Part shown: in pieces, positions 63,961 to 64,000 of the stretch
Layout of the letters: each line of letters begins with the position of its first letter
How positions within the stretch are numbered: the first letter of the stretch is position 1
Source of the DNA: Octopus vulgaris
Lineage: Eukaryota
Assembly: GCA_951406725.2 (NCBI GenBank)
Contig: OX597835.1
Span: 1,116,001-1,180,000, forward strand
Direction of reading: 5' to 3'
Length of the DNA: 64,000 nt
Made by a program: the position numbers and the translations under genes
Notes under the pieces: generated by a model
Told to the model about the DNA's origin: nothing
Database searches by the model: none
What the model saw: the letters and a program-made list of their open reading frames with translations, nothing else

Positions 63961-64000
63961 TTAGTCTAAAAATTCAACCATAGGGATATCTAAGATTGTT

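Overview
AT-rich, repeat-dense eukaryotic DNA. The SINE, RTE and mariner families and the microsatellite load resemble an octopus (coleoid cephalopod) genome; this is inference from repeat families only. No intact host coding exon is evident, and most of the ORF track is spurious or transposon-derived. The window is a mosaic of decayed mobile elements: a Ty3/gypsy pol, a 5'-truncated Tx1/L1-like LINE, RTE, CR1-like and R4/Dong LINE pieces, Penelope-like RT and GIY-YIG pieces, mariners, piggyBac and hAT MITEs, Helitron/HINE ends, three tRNA-derived SINE families and a 5S rRNA pseudogene. The most interesting signals are: (1) a candidate recursive splice site (polypyrimidine tract, CAG|GTAAGT) followed by a 30-nt RS-exon and a second GTAAGT at 38.95 kb, suggesting a giant + strand intron; (2) two type I hammerhead ribozymes with a long stem II beside a Penelope-like element; (3) tandem hairpin or pseudoknot arrays in RTE 3' UTRs; (4) a repeated SINE-tail/Helitron-end chimaera; (5) several fold-back structures; (6) a CpG-retaining, promoter-like zone at about 10.5-13.3 kb. 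Repeat boundaries were read by eye and are approximate unless a TSD or TIR is quoted.
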